DNA of 64,000 nt from Octopus vulgaris (Eukaryota), in assembly GCA_951406725.2 (NCBI GenBank), contig OX597822.1, positions 16,244,001 through 16,308,000 on the forward strand. The letters run 5' to 3'. Positions 29,290 to 41,264 of the stretch are shown here, one piece after another. Position 1 is the first letter of the stretch. Each line of letters starts with the position of its first letter. The notes below the pieces were generated by a model. It made no database searches and had not been told where the DNA came from. It saw only the letters and a list, made by a program, of their open reading frames with translations. The position numbers were made by a program, and so were the translations under genes.

Positions 29290-29749
29290 GTAAATCCCAG
29301 TTGTTTCTCTTGAAGCACAACAGATCTGCTATAATGATTTGAGATAGAGAAGAGAAACTGTGCACAGTTGTGGAAATTAGCTGCTCGTAACATAAAGCTG
29401 AAGATCAACGAAAAAGAAAACACCTATGCTGAACTATTGAGAAATCTACAGTTACTCTATGCAGATTACAAGTTTCCGTTTATACCTGTAATTATTGGGA
29501 CCCAAAGATATGTAGCACACTGACTAAATACCAACCTTGTGAAATTTGGCTTCTCAAAACCAGAAAGAAGAAAGCTAATTCGAAGACTAACGATCCAATC
29601 CTTCACTGGAACTGTAAAAATCTGTAAAGCTTTCCTAAAGTTTATCATTTAAATATATATGAGCATGTCTAGATATGCAACAATATGCATGAGAATACAT
29701 GCATAAAACATACACATCTGCACATACATACATACATACATACATACAT

Positions 29750-29784
<35 letters not shown>

Positions 29785-29900
29785 TACAAAAATACCCTGT
29801 TGCTGATGTTGAAATTCCAATGAAGGAGCCTTGGATCTAGGTTAGAAACCAGTTCTATTTCTATTGGCAAGAAATCAACTGAATAATGACATACATACAT
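29290..29900 (+). mobile_element. 3' end of an RLE-type (R4/Dong-like) LINE, second family
   Basis: KHNRS.IMI.DREEKLCTVVEISC..KLKINEKENTYAELLRNLQLLY..FIPVIIGT; 3' UTR with internal (CATA)/(CAGA) tract, ending gaataatga-catacatac; inverted copy at 57700-58545. Confidence 0.8.
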
Positions 29901-31195
29901 GCATAAGCAGCGAGTATAAGAGAGAAGAAAAAAGGAAATAGAGACGGACAGGCACAAACACACACACACACACACACTATATTTGTGTGTGTTTGGGTGA
30001 GAAAGTGTATTGAGAGTGATAGAGAAATAGATAGAAAGACAGAGAGACAAACAGGCTGATGGAAGTCGATAAAAATATGATGGAATGGAAGATAGAAAAG
30101 AGAAAAGCAGAGCTGAAGTACAAGTCTTCAAATCTGTTGTTTTTCAAATACATGAAATACATAGCAAGAAATGTTTTTAGTTCTGCAAAGTACAATGAGT
30201 GTACACACACACACACACATACACACACACACACGCACGCACAGACACACATATAAACACACATGTATATTTATAAATATGTGTGTATATACATCTGTAT
30301 GTATGTATGTATATATATGTATGTGTGTGTGAGTGTGTGTGTGAGTGTGTGTTTCTTTATTAGCCACATATATAGATATATATATACACCGGGAGAGAGA
30401 CAGACAGTCAGACCGACAGACAGAGTATATTCGGAGAAATAATAATTGGATTTCCTCTGTTGTCTTCTCTCTATTTGAAATCTTACCTTATTTTTAGAGA
30501 AATGCTAGTGTATTCATACGTTCGTACAAACACGCATAGACTCGAGGACATAAATAAATTAATTATATCTATATTTTCATGAATCTAGCGCTGCTTACGT
30601 GTTCGTATGTCTGTGTGTCCCTCTCAATGTTTATGTGTGGTAATGGTGTTTTTGTATCTGTTTGCACTTCGTTTATGAACCGACTGGAAAAGTATGTTAA
30701 CCAATTTAATAATGAGTAGCGTGTAGATTATATTTACTAACGCTGCATGTGGTTAGGCGTAGAAAGGATATGCGTTACATAGCGATCGCTAAGGAAATAA
30801 AAGAGAAGACTTTCTTCGCAACTCCTTTCGCATCGCGGACTGTTGGTTAATTGGGTGCAAGTGTTAGTATAGATTAGCAGAGAAATCGTTAACGTTCTGC
30901 TGAACATTACTATGAAACTAACAACTAAATTATTAGTACAGCCGCTGATAGACACAGCATGTGGGGGAAATGGTTGAATTTGACCAAGAGACGTTTGTTA
31001 TATTATATATAATATATATATACTATTAGAGTATAAGATGTGGATTCAGAGAATAGTGTGTTTATGACGGAAAGCTCCTCCAACGGATTCGGCTATCAGA
31101 CCACGTAGTAATCCAAGAAGTGTAATGCAGTGTCCATGAGACTGAAATTCAGAAAATGCGACCAATGAAGTTGCTTCGTGCAGTAACTTTGTATG

Positions 31196-31229
<34 letters not shown>

Positions 31230-31252
31230 TGTATGTATGTATAAATATATAT

Positions 31253-31290
<38 letters not shown>

Positions 31291-31326
31291 TATAGGTATG
31301 TATATGTATGTATATGTATATATGTA

Positions 31327-31381
<55 letters not shown>

Positions 31382-32200
31382 GAATATAGGTTTGTATATG
31401 TATGTATGTGTGTATGTATGTATGTATATATATATACACAAACACACAAGGGTAGTAATTAGTATCGATCCTTTCTTTCTCGGTAATTCTGCAGGAATTT
31501 GGACGCAGCAATCGTAAGCAGTCAATTATCCTAGATGCTGCTGCAACCCACGCGATGCTACGTTGTCATTTGATGATTAGAATGCCTGGTACTCTGTCTC
31601 AAAACTTTTATACTGTAGGGAATTTATATGTGTTCTTGTTAATTATTGGTACATCGAGATATGTGTTCTTGTTAATTATTGGTACATCGAACTTATTGAT
31701 AATTCATTAAATATATGAAGCCTTATTTAATGTAGCTTATGTGATATCGATATGCCCGTCCTTATCTTGCCTATTTCATGCGTGCTTTGAGTGTGCCGTG
31801 GTATTTCCCTTTTGAGGGTTAAATGTTTTCTGTTTCTAAAGAACTGTGTTTTCTTTTACGCCACAATACTACTGCAACACAATTCGTTTACTCTTATTCA
31901 AAGAGCGCGTTTCAGTGTTTCTATTCTTACAATTATCTCCTCATGATTTCTTCACTTTGCATTGAATTGAAGTGTTTCGTGGGTAACGAGTAAAATTAGT
32001 TTTGTTTCTCGAAACAGCTGGAAAATGAAACTTCTTTGTTTTTTCAGTACTTCCTGTCAGTGATGCCTTTTGTTGTTTTGGTTGTATTTATTATCCATTG
32101 TCTATGGAAAGGATTCATTTTGCAGAAATACAAATTCTGCATTACTTATGATTATTAATGCATGTGCAACAATAAATAACCTTCACACCAACGAGTATCA

Positions 32201-32258
<58 letters not shown>

Positions 32259-32337
32259 AATATTAGGGAATAAATCCAAACTTACAGGGAAAAATCAGAT
32301 TTAGGATTGAATCCAATTTATAGTAAAATATTATATT

Positions 32338-32666
32338 ATATTAAATTAGAGACAAAACCACTATTATGCAAATCAAACAAAGAAAGACTTAATCCAATAC
32401 GTAAATTAATTTATATTATTAAGAAATTTAACAATTATTAATATCCACTACGATCGTTTCATGTCTTCTTTTCATCACATCTTTGAGTAGTAGACATTCT
32501 TCAGGAATGTCTACTACTCAAAGACGTGATGAAAAGAAGACATGAAACGATTGTAGTGGATATTAATAATTGTTAAATTTCTTAATAATATAAATTAATT
32601 TACGTATTGGATTAAGTCTTTCTTTGTTTGATTTGCATAATAGTGGTTTTGTCTCTAATTTAATAT
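32338..32666. repeat. Near-perfect fold-back inverted repeat (arms ~162 bp, 5-nt loop ttcag)
   Basis: Arms 32338-32499 and 32505-32666 are reverse complements, with two mismatches seen. Confidence 0.97.
32445..32505 (-). ncRNA. Type I hammerhead ribozyme core lacking the 5' strand of stem I
   Basis: Minus strand: CTGAAGA-atgtct...agacat-GAAA-CGATCG-TA-gtgg; 6-bp perfect stem II base; palindromic stem III. Confidence 0.7.
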
Positions 32667-32669
32667 TTA

Positions 32670-32715
<46 letters not shown>

Positions 32716-32746
32716 TATGTATGTATGTATATATGTATGTATGTAT

Positions 32747-32880
32747 GTAAACGAGGTTGAGTCAAAAAGTAATGCCATTTTGATTAGGACAGGTATAATT
32801 ACCAACACAGGAACAAGTATCATACATCAAAATTAATCTGGCCCCACTGAACCTTCTGTTTATACTGCATTTATCTCACT
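32747..32880 (+). mobile_element. Mariner-like left-end fragment
   Basis: cgaggttgagtcaaaaagtaatgcc resembles the TIR of the 3554-4868 element; no partner TIR found. Confidence 0.45.
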
Positions 32881-33362
32881 CCTACGCTTATTGTTTAAAC
32901 TATGATCAGCATCCGTGCTAAGCTCATTTGCAGAAATAAGTTAGAGCATTCTAAATACCTTCACGTTCATTTGAATCGAGATAAAGAGTTATAACAGGTA
33001 TGTTTCAAGTGTGATAGTGTGGATATTTATGTTTTGTAGTTTATGAAACTTATGTCTCAGTAGGGAGTTTGGAATGGGTTATCGGATCATTAATAGCAGG
33101 AGTTACATATGCAATGAATGTGTCCGAATCCATTACCTTATACAAGAGTAGAGGGTCGAAGGCCTCAAAAGTGACCTCCCTCCACAGTAGCCAGAATGAA
33201 TGGCACATATATAAATGCATAAGTATATGAGAAATAGAATTACATATATACATACATACACGGCTACATGCACACGCACCTATTCATATATACATGTATG
33301 AATAAAATAAATATGTGTGTGTGTGTGTATACATATACATACAAATATAGTATATAGATATA

Positions 33363-34256
33363 CTAGCAGTATTGCCCGGCTTTGTGTGACTATTAATCGC
33401 ACTGAGGAAAATCGATTAATCTGCAAGTGCAAAATCAATACTTTCTTACACAATGTATGTACGTGCGCTCGTGCGTTCTATGCACGCGCGAATTAATCAA
33501 AATTCAATTATTTTGGTTTTAAAATCAAGCATTTAATGCCCTCTATTTTTGCGCTTATGTGTTCCATTTCCTCAATAGGAAGTACGTGGAAGCGATTCAT
33601 AAATTTTTGTTGATCAAATAATTGCATTGTTGAATTAATCTTTTAGATCACTATTTCTCAACGGAGATTTCAGGGGAGAGTTTCAGGGAGTCGCTGGCTA
33701 TGTATCGTGATGATCAAAAATCCGGCCTGCTAAAATATGGTTAAAGTGATTCAAACTGCAGACTCAACGCAAAATGGTCACGTTTAATTCAAAGCGTTAA
33801 AAATGTTATGAAAACAATTGGTATGTGTTCACAAAGTCCAAACGATTAATACGAAAAAACCCTCCCGGTTACATCCCGAAAATTCATTTCTTTGCCGAAT
33901 TTCTACAATGTTTACGGCAATTCGTTTTTATATCTTGATTTTTTACTTTTCATGCAATTTACGCATGCTTGCACGCGTGGTGAACACATTTCACGTCAAA
34001 CAGCTGACTGAGTAAAGTTCACTATTCAATGCATGGGATAAGGCCTAAACAAACACATTATCGATTTTTGCACTTGCGAGATGAATTTCGGAACAGAAAT
34101 GGCGCAGTTCAATTTTCATTCGCCTAAACTTTAAGTGACACATTTTTGGTGGTTCTACGATTTGTTGGCCAGGAGGAAATGTGCCGGAAAGTTAAACATA
34201 CAGACACACGCACAGATACACACACAGACACACAAGTTGAGTTTTATATATATAGA
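33363..34256 (-). mobile_element. Non-autonomous Helitron (family H1), apparently complete
   Basis: Minus strand begins A|TCtatatatataaaactc and ends gccgggcaatactgCTAG|T (AT insertion, no TSD); ~530 bp shared with 56590-57126. Confidence 0.85.
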
Positions 34257-35575
34257 TGTATACGTGTGTATATTTATGATCATCCATTTTAACTGATTTA
34301 ATACGACATAATTTTCTTTATATTTCATTATTTATGTATTATTTATCGATATATTAAACATAACTGTGTGTGTGTGTGTTTACATATACAACACTTGGCA
34401 TATGATGACAAAGCGGAATTCTGAACATCTGTTTATTTTCACTTAATATCTAATATCTCGTTTGATCACTTCCTCTGTCTTTATTTATTTATTGCGTACT
34501 ATAATTGTTGTAATGATTATTTTAATTGTTATGATTTAATTTTGTTTTGAAGTTATTTCTGAACTTTTCTACATGTATATATGCAATGTTTTTAATATTG
34601 TAAGAGCCATTTGTATTAGCCAAACTGGCCATTCGAATTGAGAATGAAATTACCGTTCTGAAACAATTAGTCTCTCAAATTTTAAATATATATATGGGTG
34701 TGTGTGTGCATGCAAATCTAACTTGAAGTGATTTGAACTGAAAGTGTAGACAATACGGCAAAGTGTTGTATTTGTAGCTGGAGTGATTCTGCCGAAACTT
34801 TGCCTGATTAAAAAGTGAAGTATCTTGAAATGACTCATGGTACATAAGAAGCAAATATTCCTAAAGTAGTTGTAATGGATACTTGCAAACTCTGTTTACA
34901 CACGCCTGATTAGAAGCGTCGGTTCCCATGATTAATTAGATATGTCCGTAAGGGAGAATAATAACAAAGGATAAATGTAGACATCTGCACTCAATAAACA
35001 GCAAATAACTATTAGCTATTTATTGAATGCAGATTATAATTGGAGTGGGTATAAAGTAACAGAAATTAATATATACTGTTATAATGTTACACTATGTAAT
35101 TACTTGGTACGTTACAAATTCCTAGTTGGATATTTGAGTTTGAAGGATAGTAATTTCGGCAAGATTTTTTCGTTAATGTTCTAACTCCGACTCTTTGCAT
35201 GTGATGAGAGAGCAGTTGCTAATAAACTGTGAGGAATGCCTTTCAGTGACGGACATTGAATCGATTTCTAGTTGGAGTTACTTGTTATCTGTGTCAATAA
35301 TAGTGTTTCTGACCAAGACGTTATCGTTACAACATCTGTACATAAATGCCCCATGTGGTGAGTACGCATTCAAGTTTACGCGACGATGCCTTGTTTATAC
35401 AAGTTTTAGATATGTCTTTGAACCAGGCGTTATGTGAATATGTTTTATAATAATTTGCTGTATAACAGGAACGTTAAAAACGCATGCATTTCGGCCAGAA
35501 AAGAGCAAAAGCAACATGCATACACGCATGTTTATTTCTATACACATACACAAACACACACAAACACAAACGTAG

Positions 35576-35955
35576 ACGTAGGAATCATTGTGTGGTAAGT
35601 AGCTTGCTTATCAACCACATGGTTCCGGGTTCAGACCCCTGCGTGGCACCCTGGGCAAGTGTTTTTTACTATAGCCTCGGGCCGACCAAAGCCTTGTCAG
35701 TGGATTTGGTAGACGAAAACTGAAAGAAGCCTGTCGTATATATGTAGATATATATATGTACGTGTGTGTGTATGTTTGTGTGTCTGCATTTGTCACCCAA
35801 CATCGTTTGACAACCGATACTGGTGTGTTTATGTCACTGTTATCTAGCGGTTCGGCAAAAGAGACCGATAGAATAAGTACTAGGCTTACACAGAATAAGT
35901 CCTGAAAGGCAGTTCTCCAGCATGACCACAGTCAAATGGCTGAAACAAGTAAAAA
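35576..35955 (+). mobile_element. SINE family B, near full length, with tRNA-like head
   Basis: tgtgtggtaag A-box-like and gggttcagaccc B-box-like motifs; ggcaccctgggcaagtg core; internal (TA)/(TG); tail ctccagcatgaccacagtcaaatggctgaaacaagtaaaa. Confidence 0.85.
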
Positions 35956-36894
35956 TGTAATAGAGAGCTACATTATATATATATATGCGTTCCGATGTGT
36001 GAATGTGCGCTTGTATGTAATAGAGATTTCTTGCTGTGCAAATATGATTTCCATTATTCAACAGACAACGGAAAGCCGATATTAGCCATAGACATTTAGC
36101 GATGGGCTATACGAAGACGATGGTGTGTTCTTTCATTTATATGATACAAGATAGTTAATCTACATACTGTAGTTATTTAAAATAAGATTTAGTACAGAAA
36201 TCTAATACTGACTGTAACACACATAGCAAGTATACTTAGACATCATAGCAGTCGGTGAGTTCATTTTATTATGTGAGAGGTTTACATTTCGAAATATCCA
36301 ATGTGCATTGTAAACATCAGGACTTAACTACCTGTCTCTTACGCTAGTTATCCTTAAAAATATCCTTCTTATTGCTGTTCAAACAAAATATCGCTCATAA
36401 GTAATTGTAAACACGCATGATCATAAACATCCACAGACGCCACTGGCAAGCGAGTTAAATAGTGGTTTTAGGTGATTATAGAGTTGTTAGAATAGACAAA
36501 GTGTCATTCTCTCATTATTTGGCACAACAGCACAATGGCAAATTGTTAGCTAGAGGGAGAGCGGATAACATCAGCACTTGGCTGCTACTTATTTGCAGAT
36601 GAAGAGACAGGGGCAAGTAATTTGCCCAAGGACATAGCACTCCGCCACGAGCAGGGATCAAACACACGATACTAGAATCATCTACATTTTGTTTATTTGT
36701 TTCAATCACAGGACTATGGCACCATGATTGGGCACAACCACAGGGGATTTAGTAGCTCAAACACACTCCAGTGCTTATGTTTTTAAGTACAGTATTACTT
36801 AAAACTGCTACCTTACGGGGGACTAATCAAACCAACACTAGATGAGTAGCAGTACAGAGAGACAAACAGTCACAAAGATACTCACGCAATGATA

Positions 36895-37450
36895 TCTTTA
36901 TACGAGTGGGTCAGAGGCATTACTTATTGAACGCCCCTCGTATATATAAAACTGAGAATGTGTGTATGTCTGTCTGTCTGTCTGTGTGTTTCCCTAAAAC
37001 TTGAGAACTACACAACCAATTTCATTCAAATTTTACACATGCCTTACTTAGGGTCTGGGGAGTGTCATCGGCATAAAAAAATTTTAACTTTTTGCCTAGG
37101 GCAAGCCCACAGCAATATCATATCTTCTCCACTACGATTCCCTAAAACTTGAGAACTACACAGCCAATTTCATTCAAAGTTTACACATGGGTCCATGTAG
37201 TTTCATGGGCAAAACAAAATGTTCAACTTCTTGCCTAGAGCGAGCCCATAGCAATATCATATCTTCTCCACTATTTACGTGCTAAAAGTGAAACAAAACG
37301 TTTCTCTATTTTATGTCAGATACTTTCACTTTAACAATAAAAATAATAATAATAATTGAATTATATGTAGTAAGTATTAAATTAAAATCAAACTAAAGTA
37401 ACTTGACAAAAGTAAAATTAGCAATTGGTATAAAATTGCATCAATGATTT
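36895..37450 (+). mobile_element. Helitron family H2, 5' portion, with an internal tandem duplication of ~145 bp
   Basis: A|TCtt(ta)tatataaaactgagaatg start followed by (TGTC)n; duplicated unit tccctaaaacttgagaactacac..atatcatatcttctccacta at ~36990-37133 and ~37139-37273; right boundary uncertain. Confidence 0.7.
36901..36942. mobile_element. 42-bp mariner remnant (TA-cgag plus one nearly complete TIR plus TA)
   Basis: agtgggtcagaggcattacttattgaacgcccctcgta is the exact reverse complement of 3552-3589. Confidence 0.9.
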
Positions 37451-37928
37451 GAACTTGAATAAGTGGTTTTACATGAATGGGAATAAATAAAAAATAAAAT
37501 TTAAGTGCAGAAATGGAATAGTCGAGATGGAGGTGTGCGCGGCTTTATATTATTTGCTAATTAGCTAGCATTAAGTATCTATGTGAAGTTTGGCTGTATG
37601 TAATGTCTGTTTTCTCGAAAGATGATTCTACTGAGTACCGCTGTTGGTTTATTTCTGGTCTATAAATGGCTATAGCTTCAACAGAGTACTGCAGTTTGGT
37701 TTACCGTAAGGTTTGTTGTTATTATTATTTCTGTTTAACTATTGTTATCACGTTCGTTAGTTCCTCGTAAGGGAAGCGTTGTTGTGTTGCATTTGTTAAA
37801 TAATTGTAAACCGTAACCCTCCCCTTTTGGGAGAAGGAGCTTTGGCTATTGTTTAAACATTGAATTGTGTTCCTGTTTGGGGAAATTGACAATATTTTCA
37901 CCGTTTACACGGAAGCATTTATGTTAAA

Positions 37929-38460
37929 ATGTCTTCGATAGAAAAAAGTCCAAAAATGAATTTCGCTGCAGCCGTCAGCGGGCGCGAATTCATTGAAAAT
38001 AAAATGCAAGAAATACAAACCTATTTCAGATTGATCACCGACAAAGACGGTGAATCTAGGATAACACCACCAAACGAAATAAAAAATTAAATTAAAGAAA
38101 AGACTATTGTCTATAAAGTATACAATGTAGAGAAAAAAAAAGATTTGAACACGTGGAGGAAAGCACCATCGAAAAGTGTCTTGGTGCGACTATGAAAGAT
38201 ATCAAGTATCTAACCAGAGGCAGTAAATTCGCCACAATGAAAGCAAGGTTCGAGTCAACAGAGCGTGCAAAGGAGTACTCGACTCGAACCTTGCAAAGTG
38301 GAAATATTTTATCTTTACCTTTATATCTGGGACGTATGACGTCCCGGATAAAAATTTTAAATGTCCCCTCAAAAGTAGAGGTAGGCTGGATTGTAGCCAC
38401 ACTTCTATACAAGAGGGAGGACAAGATACAATTGATCGAAATTACAAGAGGCGGGATAAC
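37929..38460 (+). pseudogene. Probable non-LTR retrotransposon ORF1 (L1/Tx1-like) N-terminal fragment
   Basis: ATG at 37929: MSSIEKSPKMNFAAAVSG...; after a stop and a frameshift continues EESTIEKCLG..ARFESTERAKEY..YLGRMTSRIKILNVP; the FAAAV and Y.G....IKI.NVP pattern resembles ORF1/RRM proteins. Confidence 0.5.
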
Positions 38461-38601
38461 AATTCCAGTCTGTTATTATTTTGAGTATTGTTATCACTAG
38501 CAATATCAAGATATAAGTTTGTATTTTGTATTTTATGTGTAGATGTATATATATAGATGTACATGTAATATGTACACATATATATATACATATATACATG
38601 C

Positions 38602-38642
38602 ACTAGCACAACGACCCGGCAACGACGGGTCATAATGCTACT
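38602..38642. mobile_element. Helitron 3'-end hairpin
   Basis: actagca-caac-gacccg-gcaacga-cgggtc-ataa-tgctact; same type as acccaagcaacaccgggtgataatgctagt at 57603-57632. Confidence 0.65.
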
Positions 38643-38652
38643 ATATATATAT

Positions 38653-39414
38653 ATATAGGAATGAAAATATATATATAAAGAGACGAACACAGAAAACAGA
38701 CAGGTCATTCGAAGCATTTAATCTTCAGTCAGAAACCGGATCATTATAGCAAATTTCGGCTGATTAATTCTGATATTTGCTCCAACAGGGCCAGCCCCAA
38801 GGAAAAACTAAGCTGTGAGTATTAGATTTCTTGGTAAAAGGAACGAATGTAAACGCAACATAGACGAATATAAATACAAAAAAAAACGAAAAAAAAAATA
38901 ACAAGAATGGTTAACAGCAGGTGTCTTACGACTTTAGACAAACTGAGACAAAAATAACTTATCTAGCAGGCGTGGAAACAATTGCCTTTTCGGCAGAGGG
39001 GAAACGGTGTTGAGCGGGCCGCGATCACCAACGGAATGGCTTGTTAAGCAGCAGGTCGCAAGAGGGTAGAGAGAAAGAAAGAGAGGGTAGAGAGAGAGAA
39101 AGAGAGACAGAGAGAGAAGGAAGTAAAGAGGGTGGAAGACAGGGGACAGAAGCAATGACCAGAGAATAAGAGAGAGAGAGAAAGAAGGAATTAAAGAGGA
39201 TGGAAGGGAGAGGGGGGAAGAGACAGAGGGCGCCAAAATAGCTTAGCAAAGAAGCAATGGCGCATAGGGGAGAGCGAAAGAGAAAGACAGAAGTGAGGTA
39301 TAGAGAAAGTATTTAGAAGTCGTACAAGGGTAAAATGTAACATACATAAGGGAAGGTGGTGGACGTACGCCGCAATAATATAGGAATGAAAATATATATA
39401 TAAAGAGACGAACA
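38653..39414. repeat. ~725-bp unit bounded by a perfect 37-bp direct repeat
   Basis: atataggaatgaaaatatatatataaagagacgaaca at 38653-38689 and 39378-39414; GA-rich interior. Confidence 0.8.
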
Positions 39415-39702
39415 TAGATGTATATATGTGTGTGTATGTGTGTATATATATACACACCATACCTTGTGTGAGGACTGAATACGTGACTTCAAATCAGAAG
39501 ACACCCCACCAGTTATCTTCTGACAATTCACAATATTGATCACTCCAATCTATTCCATTTCTTCCTTCTTGATGGACGTAACTCTCCTTCCCTCCCTCCA
39601 TTCTCAATTGCTGACTAAAATTACTCTTATCTTCATTTTTATCTCTATCTTTACTTTTGTTTTTAGTATTATTTCATTTACTTATTTACTATATATTATC
39701 CC

Positions 39703-39790
39703 CTTCTTCTTCTTCTTCTTCTTCTTCTTCTTCTTCTTCTTCTTCTTCTTCTTCTTCTTCTTCTTCTTCTTCTTCTTCTTCTTCTTCTTC
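39703..39790. repeat. (CTT)n microsatellite
   Basis: Directly visible. Confidence 0.97.
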
Positions 39791-41180
39791 GATACACATT
39801 TTTTGGTATTTTTATATATATTTTCCTTTTTTCGTGTATATATTTTTTGGTGTACTTCTAAGAAAAACTTTTTGCAACCAGTAAAACATACATTTTTCAG
39901 CCATTTGAAGCTCGAAACTCATATCAATGTCATTCTTTCGAAACATTTTATTAAAATAAAAATTATCCCAAAAAAGGCATCGCTACTCATTTTTTCATAT
40001 ATATATATATATATGTATATATGTTTTAAAATTTTAAAACATAGGAATAATACAAATCTGTTAAATAACCGTTGTGAACTAGGATATCTTGCATACATCG
40101 CACAACCCGTACGTTTAAATATTTTAAATAATAATATTGTGACTATTCCTAAATTTTTCAAATTCTAATTCTTTATAACTAAATAAGAATGAGTATACCG
40201 TTCTAGCTTTTATTTAACATGCACAGATTACTAAATAACTTCATTGCATATTCATAATTAAATTCTCTTTTTTTTCTGATAATCTCCTATATTAAATAGT
40301 AAAAATTCTATGTCCCTAAGGAACATACTCAGTTCATCTTGATTACCTCACTTCTATTTCTTAATATATCATTAACCCCGGATATCTTTACCTAACTAAT
40401 TAGCTTTTCTCCGCGGGTAGTAAATATTATGTCTAACAGATTCTTTAATTTAATTCATTAATAACAATTCACCATCTACTAAATCTGAGAAATTTACTCT
40501 TCTTGATTACTTCTCTTCCTAAGAATGAATCACCTTCTACTAAACCTAAGAAAATTACTCATCTTGATTACTCCTCTTCCATTTTTTCTAATATATATAT
40601 ATTTGACCCCTAATATATTCACTTAATTAATAAGACTTTTGTCCACAATTATTGAGTATTATGCCTACTCATAATAAATGATACATTTTTTCTCCAAAAT
40701 TAATAAATATTAGATTTATAATTCTCTTTTAATCCAACGTAGCAAAATAATCAACACCTACTAGCTAAATATAAATCTGATGTATATAATTGTAAAGGAA
40801 TCTCTGTATTCTCTATAACTTTTTAGCATATGACCTAGTTTTCTTGATACAAAATCTATTTGCCAAATAGAAGTAAACAGCAACTAAGGCATTATAATCC
40901 ATTTTCTACTTTAATTTCTTTAGGAATGACTTCTGACATTTATTTCACCCCTATTTCTATAAATAGAAAATCTCTTTTGTCTCCATTCAAATGAATATCC
41001 TTCCCCACCTTCTTGCAGTTCAAAATAACTTAAAGAATATTCTTCAGTCCGAAGATAAATTCTATTACCTTAATGTTCTTAAAATTCAAATCGACATCTC
41101 TGTTTATATATCTAACCTCTTTTTAATGTTATCAATTAATATGAAAACATGTATATGTATTAATGGAAAACCTCTATAAA

Positions 41181-41264
41181 TGGCTGATGATTGCTCAACA
41201 TTTTAAAACTGTTGTAATACTTACAATGTTTAATAAAATGATGTAGCGCGAAACGATCGTACCA
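41181..41264 (+). ncRNA. Type I hammerhead ribozyme motif with long stem II
   Basis: tgg-CTGATGA-ttgct..catttta...taaaatg..agcgc-GAAA-CGATCG-TA-cca; stem I tgg/cca; palindromic stem III. Confidence 0.7.

Noticed and set aside
39536-40168. 210-aa ORF with poly-F
   Set aside because: Driven by (CTT)n and T-rich composition; non-ATG start; no domain motifs
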